64,000 nt of DNA from positions 4,256,001-4,320,000 of the forward strand of contig JBKAGP010000001.1 of NCBI GenBank assembly GCA_046290465.1. Reading direction: 5' to 3'. Position 1 is the first letter of the stretch, and each line of letters starts with the position of its first letter. The DNA comes from Planctomycetota bacterium. Its GTDB lineage: Bacteria; Planctomycetota; UBA1135; UBA2386. Below are positions 59,357-64,000 of the stretch, piece after piece. Both the position numbers and the translations under genes were made by a program. The notes under the pieces are model-generated. The model was not told the DNA's origin. It did not search any database and saw only the letters and a program-made list of their open reading frames with translations.

Positions 59357-61687
59357 GTGACGACCTGGCGGCACGTGATCGCCGCCCTCGGATACCTGTC
59401 CGTTTTGATCGGTGCGCGCACCGTCCCCACCGGCATCAACGATGTGCATTGCATCGTGACAGCCGCGGTCCTCGTCGCCGGCGCCGCGACGAGCGCGTGG
59501 CTCGGGCGACCGATGCTCGCCCTGATCGGTCTGCTGGCATCGTTGGGGATCATTGCGGTCGACAATCTCGCCAGCGCACTCGCGGTCGGGATGGCGTTCT
59601 GGCTGTGGTTCCGTCGCTTTTGGGCCGGGGCCCCCATGTTGGCGGCGTTCGCGACACTGCTGTGGCTGCGTGAGGTAACGCGCTGGCCAGACGTATTGCT
59701 CGGATGGATATGCAAGCCGATCGAACTGGTGCCGGCGGTCGCAGAGGCCTCCTTGAACCCGACCGCGATCGGTGCATGGCCGATCCTCGGCGCGGTCCTG
59801 CTCGCCTCGGTGCGATCCGATCAGCGGGTTCGTAGGCGATGGCCGCTGATGGCTCTGGTGGTGATGGGCGCTGGCTACGCGGTCTGGCGTGCGACGACCG
59901 TCGACCAGGTCGCGGCCGGTGAGGATGCCATCGAGATGTTCGCGCCCCTGTGGTGGTTGGCGATCGGGTTGTCGGTGCCGGTCTCGCTTTCCGCTGGAGC
60001 ACCGTCGGGCGTGACCACGGCTCACTCGCCTGTCTGGCGTCCGTTGTCCGTGGCCGCGGGTCTCGCGTTCTTGCCGCTGCTCTCGTGGCTGTTGCCGGCG
60101 TCGTCGACCGCGCCTCGTGTCGTGTTCCTCAATGAAGGGGGACTCGATTGGCACTTGCCCAGTCGGGGTGCCCGGGTAGGGGTGGAGTTCGGCATGTTCG
60201 GCGGGCTGCCCTACTACCTCGAAGAGGATGGCATGTCGGTGGCGGCGGTTTCGTTCGACGAGCTGATGGACAAGGGCCTCGACGAATGCGACGTGCTGGT
60301 CACGATCAACAACCCGAGAGTCTGGGCCGACGACGAGGTGCAGCGCGTCGACGGATTCCTCCGAAGAGGTGGTTCGCTACTCGTGCTCGGAGACCACACC
60401 GATGTGTTTGGTTGCAAGAAGGGCTTCGACTCCCTGCTCACGCCGTACGGAATCGGTTTTCGATTCGACTCCGCCTACTTCGTGCGCAACTCGTGGACGG
60501 GGGCTGCCTACGAGACCGTCAATCCGGCGTTCGCACGGGGTCAGGGGCCGTTGGTGCTCGGTCATGGCATCGGGGCATCGCTGGCGATCGACGCGGGCGT
60601 CGAGAATCTGATCGTGGCTCGATACGGCTTCAGCGACACAGGCGTCCGCGCGAACGAGATGGGCGCCTACCTCGGCAACTACCACTACCAGGTTGGCGAA
60701 TTGGCAGGAGACCTGTCGCTGGTTGCCTGGAAGGCAGTGGGCCGGGGACGCATCGTCGCATACGGCGATACCAGTGCCTTTCAAAGCGGCGGCTTGCCGC
60801 ACACGTATCGGCCGCACGTCTTGCCGTTGATGCAGTGGCTCGGAACGCGCGCGGGTATCGCGGAACAGTCGTGGTATCGCCTGCTGATCAGCATCGTCGC
60901 GATCTTGTCCGTGCTCGGAGTGCTGCGTGGGCAGAAGCTGCCGGCCTTGTTGATCGGTAGTGCGGCGCTCGGGTCGGTTCTGGCCGGAGCCCTCGCGCAT
61001 CGGATCGATCCTGCTGATGCCGTGCTCTCGGATCGGATCCTGATCGATGATTCGCTGGATCCCTGGACCGGACACTACGACGCCCAGATGAACTCGACTG
61101 GGCCGCTCTATACGAACATGTCGCGATCGGGTCTGAAGGGCATCGCGGGGGATCAGAGCGTCGATCTCGACCAGGATCCCCGCGGTGTCGTGATGATCGC
61201 GCCGACCCGGCGCATCGGCGACCATGAGGCGTTGCGGCTCCTCGAATACGTATCGAATGGAGGTTCGCTGCTGGTCGCGGCCGGGCTCGAGTCGCGCACG
61301 GCACTCCTGCCACTGTTGACATCGCTCGGCCTCGACATCGGCAGCACACCTCTCGGAACGGTACCCGGCTCCGGCGCGTCCGTCGTCGAGCAACTGGAAC
61401 CGAGGACCCGCAACGCCTGGCCGTTGTACGTCGACGCACGTGCGAGTGGCATCGTACGCGAGCTGTTCCGGTTCGGGCCTCACGTCTTGGCGTTGTCGAT
61501 GCAGATCGGATCGGGACGCCTGGTCTGGATCGGCGATGGCCAGTTCTTCAGCGGGCGCAACGTCGAGACCTCGCGTCACGTGTGGCCCGGCAATGTCCGC
61601 TTCATCGAGAACGTGTTCGCGCTCGCGTTCGGCAGTGATGCCGGCGACGTGCCCGAGCGGTTCCCTTCGCCGGAGAAGCCCCAATGA
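59357..61687 (+). CDS. multi-pass membrane protein with two GATase-like (DUF4350/GIFT-like) domains
   Basis: TM-rich N-third; DVLVTINN..FLRRGGSLLVLGDHTD..GRGRIVAYGD; two TMs; second domain YVSNGGSLLVAAG..GSGRLVWIGD; start uncertain. Confidence 0.7.
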   Translation: MTTWRHVIAALGYLSVLIGARTVPTGINDVHCIVTAAVLVAGAATSAWLGRPMLALIGLLASLGIIAVDNLASALAVGMAFWLWFRRFWAGAPMLAAFATLLWLREVTRWPDVLLGWICKPIELVPAVAEASLNPTAIGAWPILGAVLLASVRSDQRVRRRWPLMALVVMGAGYAVWRATTVDQVAAGEDAIEMFAPLWWLAIGLSVPVSLSAGAPSGVTTAHSPVWRPLSVAAGLAFLPLLSWLLPASSTAPRVVFLNEGGLDWHLPSRGARVGVEFGMFGGLPYYLEEDGMSVAAVSFDELMDKGLDECDVLVTINNPRVWADDEVQRVDGFLRRGGSLLVLGDHTDVFGCKKGFDSLLTPYGIGFRFDSAYFVRNSWTGAAYETVNPAFARGQGPLVLGHGIGASLAIDAGVENLIVARYGFSDTGVRANEMGAYLGNYHYQVGELAGDLSLVAWKAVGRGRIVAYGDTSAFQSGGLPHTYRPHVLPLMQWLGTRAGIAEQSWYRLLISIVAILSVLGVLRGQKLPALLIGSAALGSVLAGALAHRIDPADAVLSDRILIDDSLDPWTGHYDAQMNSTGPLYTNMSRSGLKGIAGDQSVDLDQDPRGVVMIAPTRRIGDHEALRLLEYVSNGGSLLVAAGLESRTALLPLLTSLGLDIGSTPLGTVPGSGASVVEQLEPRTRNAWPLYVDARASGIVRELFRFGPHVLALSMQIGSGRLVWIGDGQFFSGRNVETSRHVWPGNVRFIENVFALAFGSDAGDVPERFPSPEKPQ

Positions 61688-64000
61688 TCCGTTCTTCGCT
61701 GCACGTCATCGGCCTGCTCAGCGCGGTGCTGTTCGCACACGGCCTGATCGCTTGGACCTCTCCGTTTGCGGAGACGTGGACCGTACTGCTGTTGGGAGCG
61801 GCTGGCGTCGCCTTTTCCGCGTCGTCTCAGCTCGACCGTTGTCCTGGACGACGACTGACCTCCGGAGTGCGGGGTGTTGCGGTCTTCGTGGTCGCCGCGA
61901 TGGCCGCGGCGCTCGCGATCTGGACCTGCGAACAGCTCGCCCTCCGGCAGGTCGCGTTCCCGACGATCGGATCTCTCATCGGAACCCTGATGCAGCCGTT
62001 CGGCAGGTTCGGCGCCAGCGCACTCGGAGAGATCTCCAGCCAGGCGCGAGACGGGCGGTTGCTGTTCGAGGTCAGCACCGTCAAGCTCGGGGTCGGGCTG
62101 ATCGGCTACCTGGCCGCGCACGCGGCAGCCACGCTGGCCTTCGGGTCGCTGACCGTGCGCCGAACGCTGTACGGGGTGCTCGGCATGTGTGCAGTGTTGG
62201 TCGTGCATCTGGCCGTGGAGATCGCTCTCTACGGCGACATCAGCAAGGTGCTCCTGCAGCACTTCCCGAGTCATCTGACGCGCTTCAGCGACGTAGTCCG
62301 GCAGATTCCGTGGATGCTGGTTGCCGGCATCACGTTGATAGCGAGCGGATGGAGAGTGGATCCGCCGCCGGCCATCGATGTAGCAGCGGCATCGACGATC
62401 GGTCTGCGTGAACGGATCCTGTGTTCGGTGACCGTAGTGCTGGGAGCGCTGGTGGCACTCTGTGCACTCGATCTGAGGTTGCCCGATCGCGAGGGCAAGG
62501 GCGTCGTCGTCGTCGACGACCTCCACTCCGAGTACTGGGCCGCAGCCGGTCGCAGGATGAACGAGGATTGGTACGGAGACTTCTCGACCTACAACCTGTC
62601 AGCCATGTCCGAGTATCTCGGACACTACTACCCGGTACGCGTGAACCGATCACAGCGCTATCGGCCGGGCAGCCTCGACGATGCCAGTGTGCTGGTGTTG
62701 AAGACTCCGACGCTGGACTTCGAACCCGAGGAGGTCGAGACCATCCTCGCGTTCGTCCGCGGCGGTGGCGGGTTGGTGCTGATCGGCGACCACACCAACC
62801 TGATGGGTACGAGTTCTCGTCTCAACCAGTTTGCGGTGCATGCCGGAATGGCGTTCGTGTTCGATGGAGTGAGCAATGGCCACAGCGGGTCGTTCTCCTT
62901 CGCCCCACCGCCGACGACGTCGCATGCGATCCGCGGGCGCGATACAGCCGGTTCCGAGTTCTTGACCGGTTGTTCTCTGCGGTTGGCGCCAGGCGTCGAT
63001 CCGTTGCTGGTCGCGCCTCGCGAGACACGCGTACGCGGGGACTACGCGAACGGCAGCTTCTTCGGGACGCTCTACAACGACCCCCGGTCGGACATCGCAC
63101 CGGTTGCCCACGGGGCGGCCGGGACGATCGGCGACGGTACGGTCTTCGCCTACTCCGACAGTACGTGTCTGTCGTCGTTCGGCATCTTCCAATACGGGCG
63201 AATCGAGGCGATGGTCAGGGCGATCGACTTCTGCGCCCGCGGCGGCAAGAGCGGCGCCAGCATGCGCTGGTTGGGGTTCGCGAGCGGATCCCTGGTATGC
63301 CTGATCGGACTGATGTTGCTGCGGCGATGGACATCGACGACCTGGCTGCTGGCGGTACTCGTATCGGTCGGTCTGTCGCCGGTGGCCGCCCGCCACCTGG
63401 TCGAGGGATTGCACGAGCGCGCCTGGCCGGATCCTCAGCCGGTCGTGGAACTGCCTCACGTCGACTACATCAGCCGCAATACCAACAGCCTGCTGCCGCC
63501 GGTCCTGGGCTCGTCCAGGGAAGAGTGGTTGCCGCGTGCCTACGACACGCTCTACGCCGCGATTCCGAGGACTGGTCGCTTCCCGAACATCGCTGGCAGC
63601 TTGTCGACCTGGACCGGGGAGCATCCCGCGATGTTCCTCGACCCTGTGACGCCGGTGGCCGAATGGGTCCAGCAGAGGACCCTCGCGACCCTGCGGCGTG
63701 GCGGTCGGATGCTCGTCGGCGTGTCTTCCGCGAGCCTCGGCTTCGACACGACTCGGTCCCTGCTCGCGGGCACCTCGCTCGGAATCGAGTACCAAAACGA
63801 GGAAGCGAACCAGGTGCGCTTCACGAAGGGGCCCGGTGACCACTACGAACTCCTGGCCGGGGGCAAGATCCAGGTCTACGAGACAGCCGTCGGTGAGGGA
63901 CGGTTGATCCTCGTCATCGGCATCGAGAATTGGGCACGGTCGGTGCTCGGTCACGCGTTCTCGATCCCGGATGCGGATGCGGCAGAACTCTACGCATCGC
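61684..64000 (+). CDS. 3'-truncated paralogous multi-pass membrane protein with GATase-like domains (not in the ORF track)
   Basis: Manual translation from the ATGA overlap is open to the window end: MIRSSLHVIG..., VVVVDDLHS..W, VLVLKTPT..FVRGGGGLVLIGDHTN, GDGTVFAYSDST, second domain LRRGGRMLV..GEGRLILV. Confidence 0.75.
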   Translation, partial: MIRSSLHVIGLLSAVLFAHGLIAWTSPFAETWTVLLLGAAGVAFSASSQLDRCPGRRLTSGVRGVAVFVVAAMAAALAIWTCEQLALRQVAFPTIGSLIGTLMQPFGRFGASALGEISSQARDGRLLFEVSTVKLGVGLIGYLAAHAAATLAFGSLTVRRTLYGVLGMCAVLVVHLAVEIALYGDISKVLLQHFPSHLTRFSDVVRQIPWMLVAGITLIASGWRVDPPPAIDVAAASTIGLRERILCSVTVVLGALVALCALDLRLPDREGKGVVVVDDLHSEYWAAAGRRMNEDWYGDFSTYNLSAMSEYLGHYYPVRVNRSQRYRPGSLDDASVLVLKTPTLDFEPEEVETILAFVRGGGGLVLIGDHTNLMGTSSRLNQFAVHAGMAFVFDGVSNGHSGSFSFAPPPTTSHAIRGRDTAGSEFLTGCSLRLAPGVDPLLVAPRETRVRGDYANGSFFGTLYNDPRSDIAPVAHGAAGTIGDGTVFAYSDSTCLSSFGIFQYGRIEAMVRAIDFCARGGKSGASMRWLGFASGSLVCLIGLMLLRRWTSTTWLLAVLVSVGLSPVAARHLVEGLHERAWPDPQPVVELPHVDYISRNTNSLLPPVLGSSREEWLPRAYDTLYAAIPRTGRFPNIAGSLSTWTGEHPAMFLDPVTPVAEWVQQRTLATLRRGGRMLVGVSSASLGFDTTRSLLAGTSLGIEYQNEEANQVRFTKGPGDHYELLAGGKIQVYETAVGEGRLILVIGIENWARSVLGHAFSIPDADAAELYAS

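Larger units (their letters stand above)
53300..64000. other. compositionally distinct accessory island (extends beyond the window)
   Basis: By eye, many more A/T-ending codons (CGA, GTA, GGA, TCT, GAT) than upstream genes; no integrase seen; boundary approximate. Confidence 0.6.

Overview
High-GC bacterial chromosomal segment, most likely a planctomycete. This is inferred from an ECF sigma/Ser-Thr kinase pair, carboxypeptidase-regulatory-like repeat proteins and secreted proteins sharing a 'Q...D...SN' C-terminal domain. About 53 kb is core or cell-surface genes: purF, pyrE, a glutathione cluster (grx, ABC, gshA, gshB, gloB, bolA, grxD), pdxR-pdxST, two Ser/Thr kinases, a 1,250-aa di-heme PKD/DNRLRE surface lipoprotein, three lipidated beta-barrels and a GluR0-like K+ channel. 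It also holds an rtcB-rtcA RNA-repair operon with a sigma54 promoter, IHF site, twin enhancer palindromes and a structured ~195-nt leader, but no adjacent rtcR. From ~53.3 kb to the end the composition visibly changes. This island encodes two carboxypeptidase-regulatory-like proteins, a secreted protein whose 17 Cys are all followed by Ser/Thr, and two paralogous membrane proteins with GDHT-motif GATase-like domains; the second runs off the window and is missing from the ORF track. This island operon and the rtcB leader RNA are the best candidates for undescribed systems. No rRNA, tRNA, CRISPR array, integrase or transposase was recognised. All family calls are from motif recognition by eye, not database searches.
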